From NCBI RefSeq assembly GCF_057098645.1, contig NZ_CM169472.1: DNA of 64,000 nt; one strand, given 5' to 3'. The position numbers and the translations under genes are program-made. Position 1 is the first letter of the stretch; each line of letters starts with the position of its first letter. Of the stretch, positions 10,042 through 20,059 are shown piece after piece. The notes beneath the pieces were generated by a model. That model was not told where the DNA came from. It made no database searches and worked only from the letters and a program-made list of their open reading frames with translations.

Positions 10042-10601
10042 CCGTTGCCCTCATTATCATTATTCACCACCAGGCGGGGTGGTGGTGGCACCGCAAAACG
10101 GTTAGCCGCTTTTTTCGCCGCGTCACCTTTTGCCGATTTTTTACCGGCATCCCCTTTTTTATGGTGCGTGAACTGCGCCAGCTTATAAGCCGCATCCAGC
10201 GCCAGCCTGGGGTCGGTATTAATGTTCTCCACCAGAAGACGCCCCATCGCTTTCACCGGATCGGGAAGACCATCCTCCATATATTCAATACCAGGAGACA
10301 TCACCGCGGACGGTGGCATCTCCGGATTGTTTTCGTCCGGCTGTGGTATTGCAGCCGCCTCACGGCGACGGGGTTTATCCTCCTGCTCTGATTTTTTCTG
10401 CCGGTAAACAGGAACCTCATCCACCTCCACCGTCTCGCATTGTTTACGGGCTATAAACGCAAGCACCTCCGGATCTTTTGCCAGCTGCGAGCCTTTAACC
10501 CTGGCGGTCTTCGCCGAATAACCAGCGGCAATGGCTGACGCTGTTTTGTTTTTCCCGGACATGAGCGCCAGCGCAAATTTTCGTTTTTGCGTTGTCAGCA
10601 C
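10038..10601 (-). CDS. Terminase small subunit
   Basis: 187-aa protein upstream of and coupled to terL; basic C-terminal half. Confidence 0.7.
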   Translation of the reverse strand: MLTTQKRKFALALMSGKNKTASAIAAGYSAKTARVKGSQLAKDPEVLAFIARKQCETVEVDEVPVYRQKKSEQEDKPRRREAAAIPQPDENNPEMPPSAVMSPGIEYMEDGLPDPVKAMGRLLVENINTDPRLALDAAYKLAQFTHHKKGDAGKKSAKGDAAKKAANRFAVPPPPRLVVNNDNEGNG

Positions 10602-10639
10602 AGCCTCCTCCCGGGTCCAGAACGCACTCAGCCGGGTAT

Positions 10640-10890
10640 GGTTCAGCCCATTTTTCCCGGCGTCTCATGCCGCAAATGTTAACTGCTGCCTGGTTAACAT
10701 TTGCTGAAAAAGCCAGTTAACATTTTTTCCGCACAACAAACTGAATAATAAAGATAAAAACCGCAAAAATGCCCGGACAGCCAGTTAACATGTTAACTGC
10801 CCTGAAACGGGAATTTTTTCTCTGCGTGAGAGGGGGCGCGGTGTCCGGGGCGATCGTTTTTTTCGCCGGATGATCCCCCCCCCGGGGCGG
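10640..10890. promoter_or_regulatory. Putative cos / terminase recognition region
   Basis: Between the HNH and terS genes: repeated GTTAAC-containing inverted repeats (aaatgttaactgctgcctggttaacattt; gccagttaacatgttaactgcc) and a C9/G run. Confidence 0.4.
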
Positions 10891-10891
10891 G

Positions 10892-11257
10892 TCACAGTCC
10901 GATGATATCGTCTGCCCTGCCATGACCTCCGGACACCTCCGGCAGCGTCGGGTCCGGCATACCACTCGCCGTTTCACTGACTGACTTCTGGCGATGGCAT
11001 TCGGTACAGAGCGTCCAGAGATTCGTCTCCTCATTACCACCACCGAACTGAAGTGCAATGCGGTGATCGAGTTCACTGTCACAAAGGTCAACCACACGCC
11101 CACAGAGACAGCACTGTCCGGCATCCCTCAGCCAGATACGACGCTTGAGGGAAACCCGGGCACTGCCACTGACCCGACGCTGTTCACCCTTCAGGACATT
11201 CACCCGCCGGGTATTCAGAGTTTTGATTCTGCTCTGGAGTGTACGAAGCTCAGCCAT
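10892..11257 (-). CDS. HNH endonuclease (terminase-associated)
   Basis: Motifs CCLCGRVVDLCDSELDHRIALQFGGGNEETNLWTLCTECHRQK; sits immediately upstream of terS as in HK97-type cos phages. Confidence 0.8.
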   Translation of the reverse strand: MAELRTLQSRIKTLNTRRVNVLKGEQRRVSGSARVSLKRRIWLRDAGQCCLCGRVVDLCDSELDHRIALQFGGGNEETNLWTLCTECHRQKSVSETASGMPDPTLPEVSGGHGRADDIIGL

Positions 11258-11298
11258 GTAAAATCCCCGTCATATAACTTGTCACCAGAGGAAAGAAA

Positions 11299-11499
11299 AT
11301 GTCATCGAAAAACCGGACCCGCAGAACCACAACCCGCAATATCCGTTTCCCCAATCACATAATTGAACAGATCAACATCGCCCTTGAGCATAAAGGGTCC
11401 GGTAACTTTTCAGCGTGGGTTATTGAAGCCTGCAGGAGAAGGCTGGCAACAGATGCAACGCATCTGCGCCCGGCCAGCATGACAAATAACGAGAAATGA
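11299..11499 (+). CDS. YlcI/YnfO-family small protein
   Basis: 66 aa, MSSKNRTRRTTTRNIRFPNHIIEQINIALEHKGSGNFSAWVIEACRRRL; recalled as a prophage small-protein family. Confidence 0.5.
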   Translation: MSSKNRTRRTTTRNIRFPNHIIEQINIALEHKGSGNFSAWVIEACRRRLATDATHLRPASMTNNEK

Positions 11500-11791
11500 A
11501 CGTTCGGTTTCTTCCACCATCGCACCGGACAGGCGACTATGAGGGGACAACGCCGCGCTCCGTTAACGCGGTAAACCCCGGTGTGTATCGTTTTTGATTA
11601 TCCCCGCACACTCGCGCAGAAGGAATTCCCCGTCGGGCTACGGTCATGGTTAATGCGGAAATACAGCGACGATACAGCGCATGATGTGTCAGGCTTGAAT
11701 ACCTTTATCCGTTAAAAGGGATATCAGTTAAGTTATCCCGTGTAGGGTATAAGCCATTATCAAGCCCACCAGTAGATGGGCTTTGTAATGG

Positions 11792-12049
11792 CTACTTCGC
11801 TTTTGCTTCCGCTCGCTTACGCCGGCGCTCTTCTTTCCTCTCGGCTTTTGCCATGTCCATGAATGCCTGCATGATCGAGTTCCGCATCATGTAGCTAACA
11901 AAGTGATGATTGACACAGCCGTTGAGGCGCAGCTGCTCGCCAAACTCATCCACCGAGGCCAATGCTTCCATCATACCCTTCTCGCCTTTCATGAACTCTG
12001 AGAAGTCGCGCCCCGCTCTGGAGGCGCATTCAATGACACGATCACTCAT
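11792..12049 (-). CDS. Hypothetical protein coupled to the KilA-N gene
   Basis: 85-aa ORF, 4-nt overlap with upstream KilA-N gene; basic C-terminal tail. Confidence 0.4.
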   Translation of the reverse strand: MSDRVIECASRAGRDFSEFMKGEKGMMEALASVDEFGEQLRLNGCVNHHFVSYMMRNSIMQAFMDMAKAERKEERRRKRAEAKAK

Positions 12050-12543
12050 CCCGGAAGTCCGGGGATCGAAATCTGCAACTGGTTAGCCAGGGAGTTAATT
12101 TCAGCGATCAAACCAGGTTTCGTGTAGCGCCATGCCGCGAGGCCTTGTCCACAGAAGCTCGCCATGTCTTTTTTCTGATCAAACTCATGACATTTCATGT
12201 TGAGCTGCGCACTTAAGCTGTTCCGATGATGAAGCTCTCCGGTGAAGTAATCATCGAGGACTTTATAGGCTGCATATTTAAATCCGGGGTTTAGCCATGC
12301 TGCGTAATCATAAGCAACGAACTTTCCGCCATAAGTTCCACCGTGCGCACCGCGTTCCGTAAAAACCACAGATTCGTGGTTTTTCTCCAGCTCAGCCAAG
12401 AACTCTTTGGTCTGCTTGTTTCGCAGGTAGTGGTACGGAGATTCAGATTCACTTTTACCACTGGCTTTCCACATATCAGTGAGGCAGATCATGCCATCTT
12501 CACCGATACGGATTGGTTGATTGAAGAGGGTTAATGATTTCAT
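12046..12543 (-). CDS. KilA-N domain protein (antirepressor-like)
   Basis: 165 aa, N-terminus MKSLTLFNQPIRIGEDGMICLTDMWKASGK typical of KilA-N. Confidence 0.6.
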   Translation of the reverse strand: MKSLTLFNQPIRIGEDGMICLTDMWKASGKSESESPYHYLRNKQTKEFLAELEKNHESVVFTERGAHGGTYGGKFVAYDYAAWLNPGFKYAAYKVLDDYFTGELHHRNSLSAQLNMKCHEFDQKKDMASFCGQGLAAWRYTKPGLIAEINSLANQLQISIPGLPG

Positions 12544-12745
12544 AGCGTGTACCTACTCTTTGAAATGAACCTTTGCCGCACAGGAAACCAGCCCACCGAG
12601 GCTCGCCAGCACTAACTGGTATCCTCAAAGGCCCATTCCAAAGGGGCAGGTTCGGTGTAAAAAACATGCGTTGCGGTACGCATTTATTGCAAAAAGCCCC
12701 GCATCGCGAGGCTCATTAAATGGACTTTGTGATTTGCAAAAAAAA

Positions 12746-13183
12746 TTATTTCAGGCATTGCGTCCTGATGTACTCCTGCAGGTAGTTAACCTGCGCGGTT
12801 ATCTTGTCGATTCCACCTCGGAGACGGTAATAATTGAGTTCAGCATCTGCTGTAAGTCCTGGGCTTTCTCCATCGCCCATGCTGCTGGCTCCGGTCGTTG
12901 ACTTTGCACAGGTGGCGGAGACTTGCAGGCGCTTACGCCCAGCAGAAACATCAGCACGGAGACTTTCGATAGTCGCATTAGCATCAGCAAGCTCCTTTGT
13001 GTATCTGGCGTCAAGTTCTGCTACATCACGTTGCCGCTTCTGCATATCAGCGATGATGGATGTGGCTTTATCGCGCTGCTCTTTGTAGGCGATGGCGTTA
13101 TCACGGTAATGATTAACAGCCCATGAAAGGCAGACGATGAGGCAGATGACCAGAACGTAGATAATCGCGGTTACTCTGCTCAT
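12746..13183 (-). CDS. Rz: Rz i-spanin
   Basis: [40 protein letters not shown]...; ATGA overlap with endolysin stop. Confidence 0.8.
   Translation of the reverse strand: MSRVTAIIYVLVICLIVCLSWAVNHYRDNAIAYKEQRDKATSIIADMQKRQRDVAELDARYTKELADANATIESLRADVSAGRKRLQVSATCAKSTTGASSMGDGESPGLTADAELNYYRLRGGIDKITAQVNYLQEYIRTQCLK
12799..12978 (-). CDS. Rz1: Rz1 o-spanin lipoprotein (embedded in Rz, +1 frame)
   Basis: [34 protein letters not shown]: signal sequence, lipobox Cys, proline-rich; start approximate. Confidence 0.65.
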   Translation of the reverse strand: MRLSKVSVLMFLLGVSACKSPPPVQSQRPEPAAWAMEKAQDLQQMLNSIITVSEVESTR

Positions 13184-13677
13184 TGTTGCCCCCACAAACA
13201 GACTTCACGCTCAATCTCACGGCGAGTCATCAGCCCTTTCCATTGCTTACCGCCAGCGTATGTCCAGCGCCGTAGCTGATCACATGCGCCTTTGATATCG
13301 CCCTGGTTTATTTTGCGAAGAAGCGTCGATGTTCTGAAATTGCCAGCGCCCACGTTGTAAACGAACGAGTAAAGAGCGCCGCGCGTTGTTTCCGGTATAT
13401 CGATTTTGATGTACGGGTTAATTTGTCTGGCGACCGTGGCAAGGTCTTTATTCAGGAGGGCTTTGCATTCTGCTTCGGTATACGTTTTACCGGGCATGAT
13501 GTCTTTTCCGGTGTGTCCGTGACATACAGTCCATACACCAACAATATCTTTATATGGTATGTAGCTGACACCTTCCAGGCCATCGTCACCACTCGGACCA
13601 GTGATGAGCACAGACGCTATGGCAACAGCCCCACCACCAATAGCAGCAGCAACGGCTTTTCGTAATGATGGAGGCAT
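13180..13677 (-). CDS. R: SAR endolysin (phage 21 R-like lysozyme)
   Basis: 165 aa, N-terminal hydrophobic SAR segment [18 protein letters not shown] followed by lysozyme core. Confidence 0.8.
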   Translation of the reverse strand: MPPSLRKAVAAAIGGGAVAIASVLITGPSGDDGLEGVSYIPYKDIVGVWTVCHGHTGKDIMPGKTYTEAECKALLNKDLATVARQINPYIKIDIPETTRGALYSFVYNVGAGNFRTSTLLRKINQGDIKGACDQLRRWTYAGGKQWKGLMTRREIEREVCLWGQQ

Positions 13678-13883
13678 TATTCACCTCTCGCAGCCTTGCG
13701 CTTATCTTCTTTAATCTTGAAATAAAGGTTTGTCAGATACGTCAGCAGGCCAAACAGCAGACTCCCCAGCACACCTATTGCCACCCACTGGGACGGAGAG
13801 ACTTTGTCCAGCAGCTGCAGTAACCAGTATCCCGTCCCCACCGCTGACGTGGTGTATGACACACCCGTTGTGATTTTTTCCAT
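13677..13883 (-). CDS. S: Pinholin (phage 21 S-like)
   Basis: [68 protein letters not shown]; two TMDs; ATG at 13883. Confidence 0.75.
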   Translation of the reverse strand: MEKITTGVSYTTSAVGTGYWLLQLLDKVSPSQWVAIGVLGSLLFGLLTYLTNLYFKIKEDKRKAARGE

Positions 13884-14175
13884 CTGATGTATGTCTCCGT
13901 CACCGCCGACAGAAAATGAAAGTAAAGGAAAACAAAAAGCCGCCAGTGTCACCCACTGACGGCCAACTCCGGGAGCCGTGATTATGGCATTCAGGCTCTG
14001 CTAAAAATGCCAGATAACATTCCGACCAACCCCTGATTCAGGTTATAAATGACACAATATCTTGACAACATCCGTCACTGTCTGTCAGAAAATGTACTGC
14101 CAAATATAAGTATCATGTGAAGTACATCTACCCGTTTTAGCCAGCGTCCTTCAGAGTGGGCGCTGGCTTTTTTTA

Positions 14176-16026
14176 TTATGCTGCCGGTGCATTTATCTCC
14201 AGCACCAGGCTTTCTATCTCAACGCCATACGCTGCATTTTTTGTAACATCCGTCAGCGTCAGCGCATTCAGCCCCAGTGTCAGACTGTCTTTTATGACCT
14301 GGAATGCCGGGCCAGCCACTCCATTCAGTTTCGGAGTAACCGTGGCACTGCCGGCGGTGAACACCAGCTCCAGCGTCTGCCAGTCGTTACCGTAATCGCC
14401 GAACTCCCCCAGCTTCGTGTTTCCGGCTTTCCTGTGATGCATCAGATTCACTCTGCCGTCAGTGGTCTGAGTAAAGTACGACATCAGGAACGGATTACCG
14501 GTACCCGTCATCGCCACATCATCAGGAACGGGAGCATCCGTATACAGATAAATCCCCAGCCCGAACTGATTGTTGGTCAGTGCGCCTGACAGGCGGAACT
14601 TACAGGTCAGTCTGCCGCCCTGTGTCAGCAGGGTAATTGCGTCATCCACCGGATGCGTCAGGGACCAGGTTTTATTGCTCTGCTTGGTGATCTTAAATAC
14701 ACCACCCGACAACTGAATTCCGCCATCCTTAATGCTCCAGCCCTGCGCAGCAGCCTCTCCGGCTGCCGGCAGCAGGGAGATTGTGCGAACGGACGTATCT
14801 GCAGACGGACCCGATGGCGTGTTGCCGCCGGGCGAGGGTTTGATTTCCGGTGCCTTACCACTGATGAAGGCTGAGGTGCGCCCGGCTGCGTTCAGAATAG
14901 CGGTTGCCAGACGATCCGGAATAATGCTCCTGCGCGCCCATGAACTGAAATGTGTCGGGCGGTTTGATGATACCTGGTTTCCATTCGTTCTCGATGCCGC
15001 ACCGTAATATCCTGATGCCGGAATATCCGGATCTTCTGCCGGCGCGTTAGTGGCGGTATTGACGCCGTTACCGTCTGTCATGAAGGGCACAAAATAAACG
15101 CCCTCACTCTCCCTGTTTTTATACCCGCCGTACACGGTGTCGTACTGGGTAGCGTATGTATTTTTCCAGTAATACGTCGTGTCACCACAAATCCACGGCA
15201 CATCTGCAGCGCTGCCACCATGGCACTGCGCGTTAAACACAGTGAGGTCAGCACGAAACTGCTTCAGCATGGCTGTAAACAGCGCAGGTTGCTGTGCGTG
15301 GGTGGCGGCGCTCATGTCAAACTCTCCCTGCATCCAGCACACCGCCAGCAACACATTTTTCGGGTTCTTCTGTAATGCAGCTTTAGTGCGCGCAATCAGG
15401 TCCTGATATAACGGTTTACCCACACCCCAGCGCGCCGAATCCTGGCTGGCCCCCGCGTCCGCACTGAATGTCCCCTCCGCGCCCTGGGTGAATGCCGAAC
15501 CACCACGACAGCATGGTACCAGCAGGATCCCCGCGTTATTCGGGATATACGGAAGCAGTTTTTTGGCAATATGTAAGCCCTGGCCGACACAGCCGTACTG
15601 CCCTTTGCTCAGGTCTGCCTTCGGATGATTCAGCGTACTCATATCCTGCACATCATGCAGGCAGTGGTCGGCCGGAATAATATCGTTATATCTGCAGGCA
15701 GCCCCGCCCGGCGTCACTGTACTGCGGCGCGCCAGCTGTTTAATGCGCGGATCCGGAGCATCGTATGAATCCGGCAGCGGAAGCCCTTCACCGTAAGCCA
15801 TGGCATTGGACTGCCCGGCCAGTACGATGACGTAGTACCAATCCGGCTCAGTTGCACCACTGACCACCACATCACCTTCTGCTGTAATCGCCTGCATCAG
15901 GGTATAAGGGGTTATGGCCACCGGACTACCAAACGGCTGCCAGCCCTCTTTCAGTTTGTGTGTCAGCTTTTCCGCAAGGTCTGACGGCGACGCCGCCCTG
16001 ACAACATCATAATGTTTAATCGACAT
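14176..16026 (-). CDS. nanS: Prophage 9-O-acetyl-sialic acid esterase (NanS-p-like)
   Basis: 616-aa protein in the conserved position between Q/tRNA and the holin, where Stx-type phages carry nanS-p. Confidence 0.6.
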   Translation of the reverse strand: MSIKHYDVVRAASPSDLAEKLTHKLKEGWQPFGSPVAITPYTLMQAITAEGDVVVSGATEPDWYYVIVLAGQSNAMAYGEGLPLPDSYDAPDPRIKQLARRSTVTPGGAACRYNDIIPADHCLHDVQDMSTLNHPKADLSKGQYGCVGQGLHIAKKLLPYIPNNAGILLVPCCRGGSAFTQGAEGTFSADAGASQDSARWGVGKPLYQDLIARTKAALQKNPKNVLLAVCWMQGEFDMSAATHAQQPALFTAMLKQFRADLTVFNAQCHGGSAADVPWICGDTTYYWKNTYATQYDTVYGGYKNRESEGVYFVPFMTDGNGVNTATNAPAEDPDIPASGYYGAASRTNGNQVSSNRPTHFSSWARRSIIPDRLATAILNAAGRTSAFISGKAPEIKPSPGGNTPSGPSADTSVRTISLLPAAGEAAAQGWSIKDGGIQLSGGVFKITKQSNKTWSLTHPVDDAITLLTQGGRLTCKFRLSGALTNNQFGLGIYLYTDAPVPDDVAMTGTGNPFLMSYFTQTTDGRVNLMHHRKAGNTKLGEFGDYGNDWQTLELVFTAGSATVTPKLNGVAGPAFQVIKDSLTLGLNALTLTDVTKNAAYGVEIESLVLEINAPAA

Positions 16027-16112
16027 CGAATTTCTCCCGTGTACAGGAACAGAGTTAAAAAGCCGGAACCGGAATCAAATCACAGGATGACCATCTGCCA
16101 GTGGCTGGTCGT

Positions 16113-16140
16113 AAAAAAAAGGCCGCGCCATGCGCAGCCG
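16113..16140 (-). terminator. Rho-independent terminator upstream of nanS-p
   Basis: Minus strand reads cggctgcgcatggcgcggcc followed by T8. Confidence 0.5.
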
Positions 16141-16340
16141 GAAATAAAGGGATAACGATGATAGTTTGAGAAAAACAGAAATAACACTTTTGTGGCAAAG
16201 CATGGTGCCGGGTGCCTCCCGGTGAATTCAGTACCAGCACCTGAATCCGCGATTATCCCATATACCTACTCGCTGATTGCCCCTCCGCACAGGGGGATTC
16301 ACCATGCAGTAGTATTTTTAATAAACAGTAAACAAAAAAA

Positions 16341-16508
16341 TCAAGCATTATGCAGGCTGTTTCTTTTTATCACCGGCCACAGCAATACCACAATGCCGCA
16401 GACCAGCACCCCATCCGCCAGCACCGACATGATTCTGCTGGTGAAATCCACCATCACCACCAGAAACAGCAGGAGTGCAGCCACAGCCAGGCGCAGTTTT
16501 ACCGTCAC
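16341..16508 (-). CDS. Possible small membrane protein (GTG start) coupled to the TerB-like gene
   Basis: 55 codons, VTVKLRLAVAALLLFLVVMVDFTSRIMSVLADGVLVCGIVVLLWPVIKRNSLHNA; GTGA overlap with upstream stop. Confidence 0.3.
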   Translation of the reverse strand: MTVKLRLAVAALLLFLVVMVDFTSRIMSVLADGVLVCGIVVLLWPVIKRNSLHNA

Positions 16509-16966
16509 TGGTGATTCTCCAGACGAAGACCCAGAACACCGGCAATCTCTTCCAGCACCTTGCGCTCTTCCGGCTCAATTTCGCCGTCTGCCTCCGCAAT
16601 GGCCACCGCCACATCCAGCACATCTTCCGCTTCACGCGTATCGTGTTTCACATCCTCGATCTCACGTAACGCCGCACGACGACCAATTTTAAAGTTCGTA
16701 TCCAGCTGACCGATAATGGTTGCGCTCATCGCATTAATTTCTGACGTAAACGCGGACAGCGCTGGCTGATTACGCAGTACCTGTTCGATCTTCGCTTTCT
16801 CGGAAGCCTCACATTCACCATCTGCACAGGCCACCAGGTATGCGGCGTTAATCACCGCCTGTGCCAGATCGCGTTTTTCAAACTTTTTAATTTCCGTTGC
16901 CGCTCTGCGGGCTTTTTTTACCAAAAATACCAAACATCGTGACGTTCCTTTGGGTGGGTGAGCCAA
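16505..16966 (-). CDS. TerB-like (tellurite-resistance family) protein
   Basis: 153 aa with two ACADGECEASE / AEADGEIEPEE repeats typical of TerB-like domains; occupies the locus where stxAB sits in Stx phages. Confidence 0.45.
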   Translation of the reverse strand: MAHPPKGTSRCLVFLVKKARRAATEIKKFEKRDLAQAVINAAYLVACADGECEASEKAKIEQVLRNQPALSAFTSEINAMSATIIGQLDTNFKIGRRAALREIEDVKHDTREAEDVLDVAVAIAEADGEIEPEERKVLEEIAGVLGLRLENHQ

Positions 16967-17107
16967 CGCCCGGGAGCGATCTGCCCACAGAGAAAGTCAC
17001 ACTGACCACTCCGTAAGCTCCCCCCCGAAAGGCTCTGTGGTTGGTATGCGCCGGGCGTGGCGCGGATACAAAAAAGGTCCGCAAAAGCGAGCGAGGGAAA
17101 ATAAGTG

Positions 17108-17184
17108 TGGTGCGTTGTACTGGGTTCGAACCAGTGACCGATTGCTTAGAAGGCTGGCGTTCTATCCCGATGAGCTAATGGCGG
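17108..17184 (-). tRNA. tRNA-Arg(UCU)-like, possibly degenerate
   Basis: Good T-arm (ACTGG TTCGAAC CCAGT), ACAACGC-A-CCA 3' end and anticodon loop CTTCTAA, but acceptor and anticodon stems pair poorly. Confidence 0.45.
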
Positions 17185-17185
17185 T

Positions 17186-17261
17186 TGGTGGCCCTTGCTG
17201 GATTTGAACCAGCGACCTGGCGATTATGAGTCGCTCGCTCTCACCACTGAGCTAAAGGGCC
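17186..17261 (-). tRNA. tRNA-Ile(CAU) / tRNA-Met-type (ileZ-like)
   Basis: GGCCCTTTAGCTCAGTGGTGAGAGCGAGCGACTCATAATCGCCAGGTCGCTGGTTCAAATCCAGCAAGGGCCACCA folds as a cloverleaf, anticodon CAT. Confidence 0.7.
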
Positions 17262-17574
17262 TAGCGTAGGATAATAACGTTACGAAATCAATGTTGCAAG
17301 AGTTCACAAATTCACTGATTCAAAATTATTCTTGTAAAAAATCTTTTAACGTCAGGCACAAAGAGCCTGTACATAGATTTGTGTAATTGCCTGATTTTGA
17401 TATGTTCAATCCAGCATCAAATGAAGGTTAATTTATGGACGAAAAACAGTTACAGGCTCTAATGACCTTTATACGATTGACCCAAATAAAAAAAGCCACC
17501 GTTGCAACTTAAGAGTCACTAACGGCAGCTTATGCGAATAGTGTTGCTCATTTGCTCAACGATGTCAACACGTT

Positions 17575-18063
17575 CTATGCTACATGCTTAATTTTCTCTA
17601 CACGTTTCCGGTTTTTAAACGCACTATCCAGAATCGGGTAAATCATAAACAACGAGGCATTGAGGATTTCGTCAACTTCCCGTCGACAGGTTGCTAGCGA
17701 TGGTTTTTGAATGCGCCCGCCGCCCCGGCATAACATCTTGCGAGGTCTTGCGACGCTATGATAGTAAGATGCAATGGCGTGCTTGGAAGAGCCGTGGGCG
17801 TAGTAGCTGAGGAGGATGCCAAAGGCTTTCTTGTCAATGTACATGACGGAATCGACGACCTGAGAAATCAACATTCCATCATCATCATTACACATTGGCC
17901 TTGTCATAACTCTTCCCGGCTCCACGCTCTCCATGAATTTAGCTATTACGCTGCTCATGCGCTTTTCCAGACGACCTGAATAAACCCATGCGCCCCACAG
18001 TTCAAGCCAGCCATTCAGCCACTCATGCTGTTCTTTGGTGAGGTTTAGTTCTCTTATGCCCAC
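17575..18063 (-). CDS. Q: Late-gene antiterminator Q (putative)
   Basis: 162-aa ORF directly upstream of the tRNAs and late genes, after the nin region. Confidence 0.5.
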   Translation of the reverse strand: MGIRELNLTKEQHEWLNGWLELWGAWVYSGRLEKRMSSVIAKFMESVEPGRVMTRPMCNDDDGMLISQVVDSVMYIDKKAFGILLSYYAHGSSKHAIASYYHSVARPRKMLCRGGGRIQKPSLATCRREVDEILNASLFMIYPILDSAFKNRKRVEKIKHVA

Positions 18064-18725
18064 GCGCCTTCTCCCTGTACCTGAATCAATGTGAGATTTC
18101 CGCAGAACACTGCGCCGGTATCGATATACATCTGGTTGGCAAATTTGAGTGGTTTCACTGCTTGCGTATGACCAAAGATGAACGTGTCCGCGCCTTTGAT
18201 TTCTTTCACGATCCCGTCTTGTGAGTTGCTGATTCGTTCGCGGTTCCAGATTACCTGCTGATGATCAACTGGCTTTCCAAACTCGTATTTATCACAAGGA
18301 TAATCGGCGTGGCAGATGACATATTTTTTTCCTTTACTCACCAGTTCGATGATTAACGGAAGTTCATCTGCTTTATGGGCAAGAGCTTTAGCCAGAATTT
18401 CTTTGTCGTAATCGAGATTAAAGAACCAGCCACCGCCATTAAGCAGCCAGTGATTGACGTTTCCACGCTCTGATAAGCCATCAATCATCATTTGCTCATG
18501 GTTTCCACGTACAGCTCTGAACCAGGGGAATGTGATTAATTCCAGGCATTCTACGTTCTCTGTACCGCGATCAACCAAATCGCCCACCGAGATAAGCAGG
18601 TCTTTTTTGGTGTCGAATCCTATCGTCTCCAGTTTTTTCATCAGGTTCGTGTAGCATCCGTGCAGATCGCCAACTACCCAAATATTTCGGTATTTGCTGC
18701 CATCAATTCTTTCGTAGATATTCAT
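18054..18725 (-). CDS. Ser/Thr protein phosphatase (lambda NinI-like)
   Basis: Metallophosphatase motifs GDLHGC, GDLVDRG, GNHE. Confidence 0.8.
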   Translation of the reverse strand: MNIYERIDGSKYRNIWVVGDLHGCYTNLMKKLETIGFDTKKDLLISVGDLVDRGTENVECLELITFPWFRAVRGNHEQMMIDGLSERGNVNHWLLNGGGWFFNLDYDKEILAKALAHKADELPLIIELVSKGKKYVICHADYPCDKYEFGKPVDHQQVIWNRERISNSQDGIVKEIKGADTFIFGHTQAVKPLKFANQMYIDTGAVFCGNLTLIQVQGEGAWA

Positions 18726-19324
18726 GCAACCTCACTTCTGCTGTTTCGCAGTTTTTTAAGTTTCTGTTGATACTCCGCCTTGATGGCCCTGCACTCTTCG
18801 ACAGTCCAGCGATAGCGGTTATGGTTTGATTCGATTTCCTCTACTGCTTCCTGCCCGATGCGGCTAATCAGTTCGACGCGATACGGAACGAGATTTCCGC
18901 TTTTGTGCTGGTTGCACACCACGCATTGCTTGTGAATATTGCGTTCATCAAATCGGAGTTGAGGTGCCGCAGCAGTTGTCCGGTAATGTCCGGCATCCCA
19001 CTGAGCAGACGTGAGCGTTCCGCACGAGATACATGGTAAGTCGCGGTCTCTTTCTCTGATGAAGGCGTTTACGGCTTGTTGGGCTTGTTTAATCCAGTAA
19101 CTGCGGGGCTTTAAGGCGAGTTTTTGAATCTTAAGTTTATCTTTCTGTTTCTGCTCCTCTCGTCGTCGTTTCTTCTCTGCTGCTTTTTCCGCTTTTTCGC
19201 GTTCTTTACTTCGTCGTTCGAGTGCTATCTTGGTTCCACAAATCTCATTACACAAATATTGATTTTGATATTTTGGTATAAACCATTCATTGCAACATTT
19301 ACATTTCCTTCGATAGATTCGCAT
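18722..19324 (-). CDS. ninG: NinG recombination protein
   Basis: [15 protein letters not shown]...[30 protein letters not shown]... collinear with lambda NinG; ATG at 19324. Confidence 0.8.
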   Translation of the reverse strand: MRIYRRKCKCCNEWFIPKYQNQYLCNEICGTKIALERRSKEREKAEKAAEKKRRREEQKQKDKLKIQKLALKPRSYWIKQAQQAVNAFIRERDRDLPCISCGTLTSAQWDAGHYRTTAAAPQLRFDERNIHKQCVVCNQHKSGNLVPYRVELISRIGQEAVEEIESNHNRYRWTVEECRAIKAEYQQKLKKLRNSRSEVA

Positions 19325-19865
19325 AAGTGCTCCTTTCGTTGCCGGAAAAATCACCGTAATACTTATCTCGGGCTTCTTCAGCAACTAGTACCGCTAACTC
19401 CAGATCATCAAAGCATCCGAAGTGTTTACTCTTTCCATGGAATCCTAGCCTAACATTCCATTTTTTCTGTCGTTTGTGCCAAGTAACCCCTCTGCAACCT
19501 GATTTGCTATTCTTTCGGATCCTTATATTTCTTGAATTTTCTATTGGCAGGCATTCTCTTAAATTTTCTGGCCTATTGTCGGTCCTAATTCCATTAACGT
19601 GGTCAATTTGACCAGCAGGCCAACGATTATGAGTTATGTAAAAAACTAAGACGTGAGTTTTATATCTACGCCCATCTATCATGATCATTGAATAACCGTT
19701 GGAATCAAAAGTTCCAGCAACACTATTTAATGCTATCCTTCCCTGAGTGGGAACTTTCCATCTAAATACCCCGGTAGATTTATCGAAACTTAGTAACTCA
19801 AATATCCTTTTAACAGTTAAATCTTCTCTTTTACGGTTACATCGTCTTCGCGCTGGTTTAGCCAT
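19299..19865 (-). CDS. HNH homing endonuclease with AP2 domain, carrying the NinG N-terminus
   Basis: Begins MAKPARRRC (as lambda NinG) then HNH motif [16 protein letters not shown] and AP2-like [30 protein letters not shown]. Confidence 0.7.
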   Translation of the reverse strand: MAKPARRRCNRKREDLTVKRIFELLSFDKSTGVFRWKVPTQGRIALNSVAGTFDSNGYSMIMIDGRRYKTHVLVFYITHNRWPAGQIDHVNGIRTDNRPENLRECLPIENSRNIRIRKNSKSGCRGVTWHKRQKKWNVRLGFHGKSKHFGCFDDLELAVLVAEEARDKYYGDFSGNERSTYANLSKEM

Positions 19866-20059
19866 CGCCTTCTTCCTCCGTAATGGTTTTCTGAATTTGG
19901 CCACCTGAACAGAGCTCACCAAAGCTATGGATGTCGGTATTTCCACAATACCAAGATGGCGAAAATAACTGCATGATAAGCCTCAGGGAAAAGGGAAGAC
20001 ACTACCCCCGATAATTCAGAAACAAATCGAAATACATGAACTAAAGAAAAAATCACAAC

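Noticed and set aside
12671-13126. Plus-strand ORFs across the Rz/Rz1 region
   Set aside because: Antisense to the well-supported Rz and R genes.
16192-16692. 166-aa plus-strand ORF in the stx slot
   Set aside because: Overlaps the minus-strand TerB-like gene in antisense; proline- and serine-rich low-complexity translation.
16027-17100. Shiga toxin genes stxA/stxB
   Set aside because: Looked for them in the canonical slot; the translations there do not resemble A or B subunits.
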